Shown here piece after piece: positions 16,234 to 31,200 of a stretch of 39,648 nt of DNA; the stretch's first letter is position 1, and each line of letters opens with the position of its first letter. This stretch comes from a virus (Duplodnaviria; Caudoviricetes), in IMG/VR virus record IMGVR_UViG_3300027749_000231, positions 1 through 39,648 of that record; one strand, written 5' to 3'. Under the pieces are notes generated by a model. The model saw only the letters and a list, made by a program, of their open reading frames with translations, ran no database searches and was not told the DNA's origin. Position numbers and translations under genes: made by a program.

Positions 16234-19200
16234 TGGCAACAAATGTTAATGGTAAAAAGGGTCTGAGCGTAAATTTATTACCAAATTTTTATCAAACTCC
16301 TGCAAATAAGAAATTTCTACAAAGCACAATAGATCAATTATTTCAACCTGGAACACTTACAAAAGTCAAAGGTTACATTGGTCGAGAAAATGCAAAAGCA
16401 AGTACGGGCGATGATGTTTATCTTAAATCTGTAAATCAACCTAGAAAAAATTATCAGTTAGAGCCTGGGCTCGTAATTAAAGATTCATCAGATAATGTTT
16501 CGTTTTTTAAAGATTATATTGATTATATAAATCAAATTGATATATTCGGAGGTAATACTACCAATCATGCTAGATTGAACAACCAAGAATTTTACAGTTG
16601 GGATCCGCACATTGATTGGGATAAATTTGTTAACTTTCAAAATTACTATTGGCTTCCTTACGGACCTGACACTATTACAATTTATGGCCCGCAGAATATT
16701 GTTAGTACAACTTATACAGTTAAGTTGCAAACAGAAGGCTCTAACAACCAATATGTTTTCACTCCTGACGGGTCAACTCCTAATCCTGATCTGATACTAT
16801 ATAGAGGCAAAACATATAAATTTGAAATTGACAGTCCTGGTAATCCGTTTAGTTTTAAAACAGCTCGTAGTACAGGTTCATCTGATCGATATCAGTTCCT
16901 TAATGCGGTAGACAAGTATGCAGTTGAATCTGGAACTATTACAATTTCCATCCCAGAGAACGCTCCAAATATTTTGTATTATCAAAGTGAAACTGATATA
17001 ACATCTGGCGGAGTTATAGAAGTACTCTCAATAGATGAAAATACAAACATTGATGTTACATTAGAAATCTTAGGTAAAAAATCAGTTACATTAAGTGACG
17101 GTACTCTGTTAAGTAACGGTATGAAAATTGCGTTTGGAGGCCAGGTGTCCCCAGCAACTTATTCTACTGATCAATATTATGTTGAAGGCGTTGGCAATTC
17201 TATTATTCTCGTACCTGCGTCAGTTTTGGAGGTTATTAGTCCATGGACAATAGATGAATCGGTACCGTTTGATTCAACACCGTTTGATAAAGAACCGTGG
17301 GAAGATGCAACAAGTTTTGCTGGCGAAGTGGATTATATTACTATTAATCGTTCTAGTCGAGATCATAATCCTTGGAGTCGATATAATAGATGGTTTCATA
17401 AAGATGTTATTAATGTAAGTGCATCTTATAATAATACTAAAATAGGTTTAGACCAAACGCTTCGAGCTGTTAGACCTATCATTGAATTTGAAGCAGATAT
17501 TCGATTGTTTAATTTTGGTACAACTGCAATATTTGATATTGATATTTTTGATGATACCACAGGTAATACTACCTTGAACAAGCATGCACTACCGGTATTT
17601 ACAGTAATTGAAGGCGCAGTTAGTTATCAAGAACCCACGGGAAGTTTTTCTAGCTCTGTGCCGTTGACTGCCGGCATGCTGGTCTTGTTTGCAGGAGACC
17701 CTGACCCGCTAGTACAAAATAAAATTTATCAAGTAGAATATATTGATGTAAAACATATTGCTCCTACTGATAATTTTCCAGCTGGCAGTAAACAACTACA
17801 CCTAGTTGAAGTTGCCTCGCCTAAACTAAATCAAGTAGTGCTAGTTAGACAGGGAAAATATCAAAGTCAAATGTTCTGGTTTGATGGTACCAAGTGGATA
17901 CAAGCACAACAAAAAACAAAAGTAAATCAGCCGCCGTTATTTGATATTGTTGACGATACCGGGACAAGTTACAGCGACGAAAATAATTATACAGGAACTA
18001 CTTTTAAAGGTTCTAAGATTTTTTCTTATAAACTTGGGACAGGTCAAGCTGACTCTAAATTAGGATTTCCGTTAAGTTACCAAAATGTTAATAATATTGG
18101 TGATATTGTTTTTAACTTTGACCTTGCAACTGACTCATTTAAGTATAAAAAAGGATTATCATTAGTAACACAGAATATAAATGTTGGATATTTGTCTTCT
18201 TTGGACTATGGCGGAAATATAGTTTATAAAAACGGTTGGCAAACTTGCATTACTAACAATACTCAAGCAGCTGTTAGAATTTATAAAAATTCTGGGTTAA
18301 CCAAGTCATTTCAATTAGATATATTTGACAATCACACCAATTTAAAAGACTTGGTAATCAAAGTGTATGTTAATGGCCGCCGATTATCTAGTGCTAATTG
18401 GAGTGTAGTTAATTCAACTCCTTATAAACGTATTATTTTAAATACAGCAATTGCTTTAACAGATGTGCTTACGATAAGAGCATTTTCGTCTCAACCTATT
18501 AATAGCAATGGATATTACGAAATTCCGATTAATTTACAAAACAATCCGTTAAATGATAACATGCTTAATTTCACACTAGGTGAAGTTATTGATCATGTTG
18601 GCACTATTGTAGATAATTTGCCAGCATTTACTGGTGTATTCCCAGGAAACAGCATTCTTAGAGATTTAGGAAATATAACCCCATACGGAACACGATTCGT
18701 TCAGCATAGTGGCCCTCTGAGTTTAGGAATATATCACACTACATCTGAAAATAACAATGTTATAAAAGCAATTCAACAATCACGGGACGATTATAATAAT
18801 TTTAAAAGAGTTTTCATTGATACTGCAAGCAATTTAGGAAAAGATGGAGATCCGGTAACAATAACAAATTTAGTTTTAGAAAAAATAAATGCAAATAAGC
18901 CAACAACTTCTCCTTATTATTTTAGTGATATGGTGCCGTATGGTGCATGCATAGTTTCGGACTTGACAGTAGTCGACTACAGAATTAAAAAATATCCGTT
19001 AAGTTCTGTATTTACACTAGACAAATTAAGTAACAAGGCTGTTGGAGTGTATTTAAATGGTACACAGTTGATGCACGAACACGATTATTTGTTTAGTGAT
19101 CAAGGATTTATTATTATCACTGAGCGTGTTGGTCTTAAAACAGGTGATACTATTACAACTTATGAATATGATAGTACTGATGGAAGTTTTGTGCCTGCAA

Positions 19201-22200
19201 CACCTACTAAGTTAGGAATGTGGCCTGCATATATTCCGCAAATGTACACTGATACAACACTAGTAAATCCTCAAACAGTAATACAAGGGCACGACGGTAG
19301 CATTATTTTAGCTTATGGTGATTACCGAGATGCTTTATTGTTAGAATTAGAAAAAAGAATTTTTAACAATATCAAAGTAAAATACGATACTGATATTTTC
19401 GATATATCTGATACAATCCCTAGTTATAATAGAACAACTGATTATTCACTAACTGAATTTAATCAAGTACTAGCTCCTAATTTTTACAAGTGGACTAATT
19501 TAATTGGAAAAGATTTAACTACTCCGTTAAATTACGATAGAGCTAACTCGTTTACCTATAACTATTCTTTAAATTATGCACCTGACAATATTAGCAGTTT
19601 ACCAGGTTACTGGAGGGGTGTATACAAATGGATTTTAGATACCGATCGTCCTAATATTTGTCCTTGGGAAATGCTTGGATTTACTATTGAACCAAACTGG
19701 TGGCAAGATGTATACGGCCCTGCACCATACACTAGAAATAATTTACCACTATGGCAGGATATTGCCACAGGATCAATTCGTAAACCAAATCAACCAATAA
19801 CATATTCTAAAAAATATGCAAAACCATTTATATTAAATTACATACCAGTTGATGAAGATGGTAATCTTATCAGCCCGTTAGATTCGGGTATAGCAGCTGG
19901 CACATTAAATCCAAATATAGATAATAATTTTGTCTTTGGCGACGGTAGTCCAGTTGAAACAGCATGGACAAGAAGCAGTTATTATCCATTTAGCGTTTTA
20001 ATTTCTAGCATTTTATTATTTCCTGCAAAAACATTTGGAATTTTATTAGACAGGTCGCGGATTAAACGAAATCTTGCTGGACAGTTAATATACACAGAGA
20101 CTGGATTACGTATAAAACCTGCAGACATTGTGTTGCCAAGTACATATTCAAGCAACTCTAGAGAACAAACAGCAGGACTTATAAATTACTCAGTTGATTT
20201 AATTTTTAATTATATCTTCAGCAATAATCTCGCAAATTATAACTTATATAAATCTGATTTAAAGTTAATGTTACCTCAGCTAAGTTATCGCATGGGCGCA
20301 TTTTCTAATCAAAGTCAGTTTAATTTGTTATTGGAATCTAAAACACCAACAAGCTCTGGTAATGTTTTTGTTCCATCAGACGATTATAAAATATTTTTAA
20401 ACAAGTCTAGTAGTATAAAGAAGTTAAATTATAGCGGAGTTATAATTACAAAACTATCTACTGGTTTTGAAATTAAAGGTTATAGTATCACTCAACCGTA
20501 TTTTAATTATTACAGCCCTAATAATATTGGAGCCACAGTCAATGTGGGAGGAATCTCAGAAAACTATTCCACATGGACTCCAGGACAGCAATATGCAACA
20601 GGACATGTGGTAAAGTCTGACAATGTTTACTATAGAACAACAGTTACTCATGTTTCAACAAATGCGTTTAACCAAGATTACTTTGTTGCTTTGGCCAGCT
20701 TACCGATGTCGGGCGGAGTCTCTGCTAAAATAAAAACTTCGTGGGATCGATCGTTGATTAATGTTGCACCGTACGGCACCTTGATTACAAAATTACAAGA
20801 TGTAGTTGATTTCTTATTAGGTTACGGGGAATACTTAAAAGATCAGGGATTCTTATTTGATGATTTTAATAAAAATCTTGCGTTAGTTGCTAACTGGGAA
20901 ACTAGTGCTAAAGAATTTATGTTCTGGTCAACCCAGACTTGGAGTACCGAACAAGATAAATGGAGCGACTGGGCAGCATCTCAACCATATACATATGGAA
21001 CAATTGTAAGATATGATGGAGATTATTATAGTGCATTATTCAATATTGCACCTGCAACTACATTTGATTATACAAAATGGTCTATACTTCCTGGACTGAG
21101 CAATATTGGCAGCAGTGTGATTAGTTTAAGTCCTAGTGCAAACGGTATAAGTTTTGTTACAGAGTTATCTGTGGTAGACAGCATCACAACTAAATTTCAT
21201 CCATACGAGATTTTTAAAGTTGATGGAACACCTTTTGAAATAGCTCACATAGACAGCTATCGTCAAGAAAATACTGTGACTTATAGCCCAAGAACTACAG
21301 ATGGCATTTTTGGAGCAAGTTTTTATCTAGTTCAAAACGAACATATTGTTATTGTTAACAATACAACGATATTCAATGATATAATTTATAGTCCTGCTAG
21401 TGGTTATCGACAAGAACGATTGAAAGTTTCTGGATATGTTACTACTGACTGGTACGGCGGTTTAGATATTCCTGGATTTATATTTGATGCAGCATCAATT
21501 AAATTGTGGGAACCTTATCAAGACTATTCAATTGGCGATGTTGTTAATCATCAAGGATACTATTATAGTGCTCCTAAATTGTTAGTCGGCGCTCCGATAT
21601 TCTTGGCCAGTGACTGGGTCTTACTACCTAAAAAGCCGTCGAGTCAGATATTACCAAATTGGACAAACGTTGCAACGCAATTTACAGATTTTTATAATCT
21701 TGAAGTTGATAGCTTTAATACCGATCAACAATCAATGGCCCATCATTTAATAGGTTATCAAAAACGTCAGTATCTTGGTAACATTATTCAAGATGATGTA
21801 AGCGAATTTAAATTTTATCAAGGAATGATCCGAGAAAAAGGAACACAGAATGTTCTTAATAAATTGTTTGATGTATTAAGTTCTGATAATCTTGAAAGTC
21901 TTGTATTTTATGAAGAATGGGCTGTTCGTGTGGGGCAATACGGCGCCGCAAACGCTTTTGAAAATGTTGAATTTATTTTAAAACAGGAAACTTATTCTAG
22001 AAATAATCCACAGGCTACATTGTTAGTACAGCAAATAGATCCATCGGTTAGTACATTTGTTAATCAACAACCGGCTAATAGTGTTTATTTAAAACCCTTA
22101 GGATATAGTTCTAATCCATTTCCTCTTAAAGAAAATCGCAATTCTTTTCTAAGAAGTGCGGGTTATGTAAATTTGTTAGATGTTAAACTAGGAATACCGG

Positions 22201-25200
22201 ACCTTAAAAAACTATTACTACAACCAGTAACTTTAATTAAAACAGGAATTAATTATAAAATTATAGTACCCGGTACTACTAATTTTACACAAATTGGATC
22301 AGCAAATAACGATGCCGGCACAATTTTTAATGCTACTTCTGCAGGTACAGGCACTGGTGTAGTGTCAGTTGATATTACTCAATTTGTAGAAGGTGATTAT
22401 ATTTGGTGTGCGTTTGATAATAATATTATTTCAAATACCTGGAATGTTTATAGATTTACTGATATAAATTTGAGAGTAACAGATGCAACCTATTCTAATA
22501 ATACTCTTTCTATAACTTGTAAAAAACTAGTAAATCTTAAAGTTGGGTCTTACGTTGGTATTGTTTTAGAATTACCAAATGCACAAAAAATACAAGGTCT
22601 TGATGGATTTTTTGAAGTGACTAGTGTTACTTTAAATACATTTACTGTTTCTGCTAAAATTGCAGGTTTTCCTACACCATTTACGCATCAACAACAGCTT
22701 GTTATATTTGGTCTAGTAACCCAGCGAGCTCTTAATATTGATTTAATAGATAGTATCTTACCTGAAAATCCACGTTCTGGTGATTTATTATGGACAGACG
22801 ACGACTCTTCTGGAAAATGGGCCACGTGGTCTTATAACCCTGTGTATTCTAAAAATACATTACACCCAGTAACTCGTCCTAGTAATTTGCAATTTGGAAA
22901 AACTACAGCAATAAACAAAATTGGAAATATCGCAGCAGTTGGAACCGCGGTAGGTAATGTTAGTATATACGATAAAATTAGTAAAGGTTTGGGTTGGACA
23001 AATCGACAGTATATACAAGCTCCCTTTGTCTCCCACGAGTCTGCTAACGAACCTAGCACTCTTGCTACAGTTTTAGCTATATCTCCATCTGGAAAATGGT
23101 TTTTATCAGGATCACCGTCAGCTGGGAATATTGCTACGGCTTACATGGGAGAATATGTAACTTCTAATGTATATGATATAGGCGATATAGTATATCACAT
23201 TGATACATACTATCAAGCAATACTACCAGTACCTATTAACTTAATACCCTTAAACAACTCGCTGTACTGGAATTCAGTACCGTATATTCCGGTTAATAAC
23301 CAATCATCTAATTCTGAATTATATTCGCAAGGCGCTGTTTCTTTATACACAAACGACATTAATAATTCTTATGCATTAGTGGACACAATCATTAGCCCAC
23401 TACCCAATACCAATGAGAAATTTGGTCAAGCAATTGCACTTACTGATAAAGTAATATGGATTAGTGCGCCAGGATCTAATAACTCCACTGGCTCGGTTTA
23501 TAAACTAGTTAACACAGATGATGTACGAGCAAGCACATTTTACGATGAAGTTGGCAGTACAGATTTGGTATTGCACGTAACTAGTACCGCAGGAATATCA
23601 GCCGGACAGTTTATTCAAGGAACTGGATTTGAAAGTGGTCAAACAGTTAAATCAGTACTATCTAAATTATTTTTTGCTTCTGTCTCAGGAGCTCCAAACT
23701 ATATTCGAGACACACAAAATAATAATGTAAATTTGTCTTTTATATCACAAGCAACTGTTGTTACTGGGAACGGTATTTTTCCTAACACTCAGGTAGTGAA
23801 ATCTGGCATAGATATATCTGGAAAATATTACGTGTTAGTCAGTGCAGAAAGAGATATTACATCAACAGTAACAACAGTAACATTTACAAATACAATAATT
23901 TCAGCAGAATTTATAGTTAGCACAATACAAAGCGATGCAACGGTATTGTTATCTAGCAAACCAGATCAAACTCCATCCGGTAATTTAAAATTTATTGTAA
24001 CTAACTGGAAATATGATACAACCAGTACTATTACCGGGCAACAAACTAATTCTAATTTTGGAAATGTACTGTCTTTTAGTGCCGATAGCAACACGTTGTT
24101 AGTGTCTTCTATAGAAACTAGAATAATTAATCTAGAAACAATAATGATTGGTGTAGTTTATATCTATAAAAATAATGAAAACATTTATAGTTTAAGTCAA
24201 ACAATAGAAGGTGTGGATGCTAGTTTTGGGAGCAGCACATCGATATCGACAAACGGTGATTTTATTGCAATTTCTGATAGTGTATATTACAATAATGCTG
24301 ATGCACGTCGCGGGCGAGTCGGTATTTATTCTTTAAATACCACAACTAATCGATATGAAAATCCACAGTATATAACAGACCATTATTCTGATATAGGTAG
24401 TAATTTTGGTAACTCTGTGGCATTTATGAACAACTACGATACTGTAGTTGTTTATAGTGAAAATGCCGCAGGCCCTCAGATAACATCATTTGATTCTAGC
24501 AAAGCAACTTTTGATAAATCTTCTACTACATTTATTTCATCTATTATTGGTACAGGACGAATTGATGTATATGACAGATACAATACTAATTGGGTATTCA
24601 GTGAAACGTTGGCCAATCCTGATGAAAACTTTGATGCTTTTGGATCAGGATTTTCGGTGGGTAACAACAGCATCTTTGCCGGTGCCCCACTATTCACTCC
24701 AACCAATTCTCAGGGTAATTTAATTGAAAATTCTTCACAAACAGGTGTATTATATTCCTATACAAAATCTGAAAACATATATAGCTGGAAAAGAAAAGAT
24801 TCTCAATCTGCTATAGTTGATCTTGAAAAACTTAAAAGTTCTTTCTTATATAATAAATCCACAGATCAACTTGTAACTTATTTAGATGTAATTGATCCTA
24901 TCCAAGGAAAAATTGCAGGCCCAGCGGACGAAGAATTAAAATATAAGACTTTTTATGATCCTGCTGTCTATTCAAATAGTGACGGCACTGTATCGGTAAC
25001 AGTTAGTACACAAACTTATTGGTCAAAGAATCAATTAGGACAGTTGTGGTGGGATTTACGTACTGCAAAATTTATTGATCCGTATTTTAATAACATTCTT
25101 TATAAATCTAATACTTGGAATAATCTTGCACCTGGTGCAAGTATTGATATTTACGAGTGGGTTACTTCTTCATTATTACCAGAATCTTGGGATGAGCAAG

Positions 25201-28200
25201 CAGATACTCCTGCCGGTGTTGCACTAGGAATTAGCGGTACAAGTTTATACGGTAACAAAGTATATAGTACTCGTCAACGTTATAATAATATAACTAAAAA
25301 ATTTACTAATGTTTACTATTACTGGGTAAAGAATAAACGCCTAACTCCTTCCATAGACGGCCGCCGAATTTCAGCATCGTCGGTTTCAAATTTAATATCT
25401 TCGCCAATGTCTGAAGGATATACTTACCTTTCATTAATTGGAGCAGACTCGTTTGCATTATCAAACTCTTACAAGCATTTGACAGGCAACAATATAGTAT
25501 TATCCGTAGAGTATTGGAAAACAGATAGCATACACAGAAACATTCATAGCCAATGGAAATTAATTAGTTCCAATAGCATTGTAGATTTACCTCACACATT
25601 AGAACAAAAGTGGATTGACAGCTTATGTGGCGCAGACGTTGCTGGCAGGGTTGTGCCTGATACAGAATTGCCACCTAAATTACGTTACGGTATAGAAAAT
25701 CGTCCACGACAGGGTATGTTTGTAAATCGGATTGAAGCTTTGAAAGAATTTGTTGAATTAACTAATATTTCTTTATTAAAGCATCAAATAATAAAAATTA
25801 GAGATGTTAGCAAACTTGAAGCTTATGATGTTCATCCCACAATAATAAGTGGATTATATGATAGCACGTTAGATACTGAAGCAGAACTAACATATACGAA
25901 TGCAAATTTATTTCAGAGACCAATTTTATCTCCAAGCATAGTAGACGGTAAAATTACTGGAGTTATGATTATAAATTCAGGTAAGGGTTATTTAATTTCT
26001 CCGTATATTCAAATAATTGGATCAGGCGAAGGCGCTATTGTGAGATCAGTAATTGACTCTGCTGGTCGTATTGTATCGGCAACTGTGGAATCTGCAGGAT
26101 ATGGATATGATGATACCACAATTTGTACCGTAAGGGATTACTGTGTGTTGGTTCTTAGCGATACTTCAGCAAACGGTGTGTGGAGTATATATTCGTACGA
26201 TCCTACATATGTTGATAATAGAACACGCTCAGTAGTTGGCATATGGTCTCGAATAATGACGCAAAGCTACGATGTTAAAAATTATTGGACTTATGCAGAT
26301 TGGTACGGATCTTATACAGATATTTCTGGAAAAGTATTATTTAAAGCCACTCAGTATACAGCAGCGGATTTTAGTGTTTCAACATACGCAGATTTAAATT
26401 CTATATCAACAAATGTTGGGCAACTTGTTAAAGTTTTAACTGTTAATACTGGAGGTTGGGAGTTATTATACAAATATGCCAATTCGCCTAGTATTGACTG
26501 GACACAAAGTTACAGTTTAGTTGGAATTCAAAACGGTACTTTACAGTTGAACTCTAATCTGTATGAAACTAGTTCAACTACAGTGGGCTACGATTCGGGT
26601 ATATATGATAATAGTGGGTTTGATATCAAAGCATCAACCGAACTAAGAAAGATTTTAAATACATTAAGAAATAATATTTTTATTAATGAATTAAAAAGTA
26701 ACTATTTGGAGTTGTTTTTTAATAGTATACACTATGCACATAGTGAACAACTATATCTTGATTGGATATTTAAAACAAGTTTTGTTCGTGCTACACATAA
26801 TGTAGGAACTTTAGGACAACCTGTCTATTATCCTGTAGATAATTTAAGTAATTTTCAGGACTATATTTCAGAAGTTAAACCTTATAAAACAAAAGTTAGA
26901 GAATATATCAGCAATTATACATCAACTGATATTTCAGAATCCGCTGTTACAGATTTTGACTTGTCACCGATATTTTTTAATAACGGATTAAGTGTTGTTG
27001 AAACTCAAGTTGTAGATGAAACATTAACATTTAATTCTTCGTTAGTAAACACGTATCCTTGGAAATTTTGGTTAGACACCGTTGGTTACTCTGTTATGGA
27101 ATTAAAAATAGTCAACGGCGGCTCGGGATACGTTACTTTACCTGAGGTAATAATTTCTAGTAGTAGTGGCACAGGCGCAACTGCTAAAGCATTTTTTACT
27201 AACGGATCAATTAACAGAATATTATTATTAACTCCTGGAAGTGGCTACTTAACAGCTCCTAGTGTTAGTTTAGTAGGAGGACTAGCAACCGGCGGCACAG
27301 CAGCTAGAATTGTAGCTATCATCGGAGACGGGCTAGCTAGGACTAATTCAATAAACATAAAATTTGATAGATTATCATATACAAACTATATTAATACATT
27401 AGATGTTACTGAGTCATTTGTAGGAACTGGATCTAAATTACAATATTCCTTGAAGTGGGCGCCAGATATACATGTGGGTAGATCTTCAGTTCTTGTAGAT
27501 AATAATGTTGTTCTACGAGAACTATATACCTTAAAAGTTATTGCAACAGTGATAAATGGGTACACTCATTACTCTGGAACAATAACATTTGAAACAGCAC
27601 CGGTAAAATTAGGATCAATTGTTGTAAATTACAAAAAAAATATATCTTTATTGAACGCAATAGATAGAATTGAATTTTTCTATAATTCAGCAACTGGTGA
27701 AATAGGTAAAGAGTTTAATCAATTAATGTTAGGTATTGATTACGGCGGCACAATTGTTGGTAATCTTGGATTTAATACCAGCCAGGGTTGGAATGATGTG
27801 CCCTATGCTGTAAACGCATGGGATGTGTTTGACCCAACCTTTAATGATTATATAATTACAGTTTCGGCAAACACGCATAGTTTTAAATTACCGTATACAC
27901 CAAGAATAGGAACTGAAATTAATGTATATCGTGCTCAAAATGCGGTAACATCAACACCAGCCGACGGTACCTCATTAACTTATAATTTTAATTTACTAAT
28001 CAATCAACCAGTAGTTTCAATAATTACTAACGTACATTCGGTAAGTTCTATAGGGATTAATGGTATAGCAACATTGGCAAATATAAACGGCGTTATTTCA
28101 GACTACGCAATATCTACTAATTTGCAATCGGTACTTACTTCAGTATTTGGCGCAGCAGGACAGGGAGTAATTGAGTTTGATCAAATATCAAACATAGTGA

Positions 28201-31200
28201 TAGGTCAGTTTGTATCTGGCACCGGTGTAGCAATTAACACTAAGGTAACATATATTTCTAATAAATTTGTTACATTATCTACCAACCTTTCAGCGGATGC
28301 ATCGGGTAACTATAATTTCTTTACATTAGGAACATCACTGACTCTAAACAGCACTACAAACATTGCTGAGGGACTTAGTATTATTGGTAAAGGATTTACA
28401 ACACAAACTGTAAATAAAAAACTTAATTCAACTACTATCTTATTATCAAGTCCTCCGGACCTAATCCCAACAGTAGGAGAAATTTTAGAATTTACTAATA
28501 ACAGTGCCGGATCTAAAATTATAAAAGTATCTTCTGTTGCAAATTTAAAAATTGGAGACGGGTGTGATATATCTCCTCACCGACTTGGTGTATTTGGATA
28601 CAACACAAAGATAGTTAGCATAGATGCTGTAAATTCTTCAGTAACACTAGATCAAATATTGTTTATTAATTTAGCAAATAATACAGATTTGACATTTACT
28701 AGAATACTATCTCAACCGGTTGATGTTATTGCATACCCAAGCGGGATAGCGGTACTAACGGAGATTGTTCCAGTAGGCAGCAATGTTTGCATTTATGGAA
28801 AGTTAGACCCGACTCGACTAGATGATCCTGACTTTGGAACAATTCAGCAGACCAACCCGGATGCCATTATTTCTCCAATCATTATTGGAACAACACAAAT
28901 GCCGTTGTTAGAAAGATATCCTTTTGCAAACGGTACATTTGCGTATGTTATAACATTGCCTTTGAGTCTTACTGTAAACACCGGCGATGAATTTATTTTC
29001 CGCCAGAGTACAAGTGATGGATCAATCGCACCTTCAGATTATGACAGTGATATCGTAGGAGGCGATTTAGCCTATTCGTCAGCACAGGGATTACTTGCAG
29101 ACGATATAGTTGTAGATGGTGATGGGTTTACTACTCCGACATCTAGCCCTGCTCCAGAAGAAGTTGTTCCTGGACAAGTAGTTGATACATTGTCAATCAA
29201 AGTTTTTGATAAACCAACTTCTGGAAACGCTAATATACAAGTTATTAACTATGTTGCAACGGGTTCTCAGGCATCATTCTTACTACCAAAAATTTTTAGC
29301 AGTTCACAATCTATAATAGTTAAACTTGCCGGCGTAATACAAACTGTTACTACAGATTATGTTATTGACTATGCAACTCAATCTGTTACATTTGCTGCAA
29401 ATCCAACCATAAACAAAATTGTAAGCATCTTTACTATTGGATTGTCGGGATCTAACATTTTAGATATAGAATATTTTGTTGGTGACGGCTCAACGATAGA
29501 ATTTGTCACTAGAGCACCTTGGCTAGTTGATGTATACTCTTTGATATATGTTAACGGTTTAACAGCTGATTATACTTTATTTAAAACTGACAATACCTAT
29601 GATTTAGCAAATGCCACTGGTATTAGATTTAGTGTTGCGCCAGCTTCTGGAGCGTTAATTAATTATATCATTGTTTCAGGCAATCAACAAACTTTTTCTG
29701 TAACAACTACAGAACGGATCGCAACTCACGGAAGCGACACATACACACTAGATACTATAATTGGAAATTCATTTCCCAATGAAGCAAGTGTTGTTGTTCG
29801 TGTAGATCAGAGTATTTTACGAGGCCCCAATGTTAGTTACTATACTATTAAATCTAATAAATTAACTTATACTATTAATACTGATAAAATTCTTCCTCAA
29901 AGTGTAAGTTTACAGGATATAATTGTGTATGTTGATAATTTTACTTTAATATATGGCAGAGATTATACAGTTGATCTTACTGGCATATCAATCAAAATTA
30001 CAAGACAAACATATAAAGCATATGCTGGAAAACAATTAGTCATTAGTATACGACATAATCAAGGATATTTGTATAATCCTACTACTAATCAGATAATTTT
30101 TGCAAATTCTTATGATAGTTTAAATACAGTTGAAGTAATTTCGTCGTTCCGACATGACAGTTTAGATATACAAAGAACTGAAATTACAGCAAGGACAATT
30201 GAAAATATTACCCCTGAGTCTTTAGTTTATTATGAATATTTGTCTACATTAGGTGGTACCATAATATTAGACAGACCGGTAATAAATGAAAGTTATGTAT
30301 GGGTAATTAAAAATTCAAAAATTTTAACGCCAGGTGTTGATTATGTGTTACATGATAATCGTACAGAAATTCAACTTACTTTGCCTCTTCATATAGATGA
30401 TACGATTGAATTAATAACTTTTGGTAGTAATATACTTAAATTGGGAATTGCATATATGCAGTTTAAAGATATGTTGAATCGAACAGTATATAAACGATTA
30501 AGTTTGAAAAAACAAACCACACTAGCAAGCGATCTGTCGTGGAACTCTACGCAAATTGTGCTAACTGATGCTAGCGAATTCCAAGCACCTAATCGATCAA
30601 GTAATGTTCCAGGTGTTATTGATATTCGAGGAGAGCGTATTGAATATTTTAGTAAAGTTGGAAACATACTTAGTAACATACGTAGGGGAACACTTGGAAC
30701 AGGTATAACTAGTTTAAATATTGCAGGCACTTTTGTTCAGGATATTGGCAATGCAGAAACTATTCCTTATAAAGATTCAGTAAGTACAACAACATTTGCA
30801 TCTAATGGTACAAATATTGTACCGTTGGGATTTGCTCCGGCAACCGCAAACGAAATTGAAGTATTTGTTGGCGGCTATGATACTTCTGCAATCTGGGAAA
30901 TGCATACTTCTTATTCAGAGGACACAATAGTTAATGTTGGAAGCTATACATACAGATGTACAGTGACTCACACTAGCAGCGATAATTTTTCTAATGATAT
31001 TGTAAATTGGGCGTTCTTTGTTGGAAATATTAGACTTAAAAAAGCTCCTTATCAATTGTTTAATGTAAATTTAGGACCTTATAGCAATACAGATACTGCA
31101 GTAGAGTTTGATGCAGACTTTGTAGTTGATGGAGAACGCAATCAAATAACGTTAACAAACTCACTAGCCATAGGAACTAGGGTCACGGTAGTTAAAACTA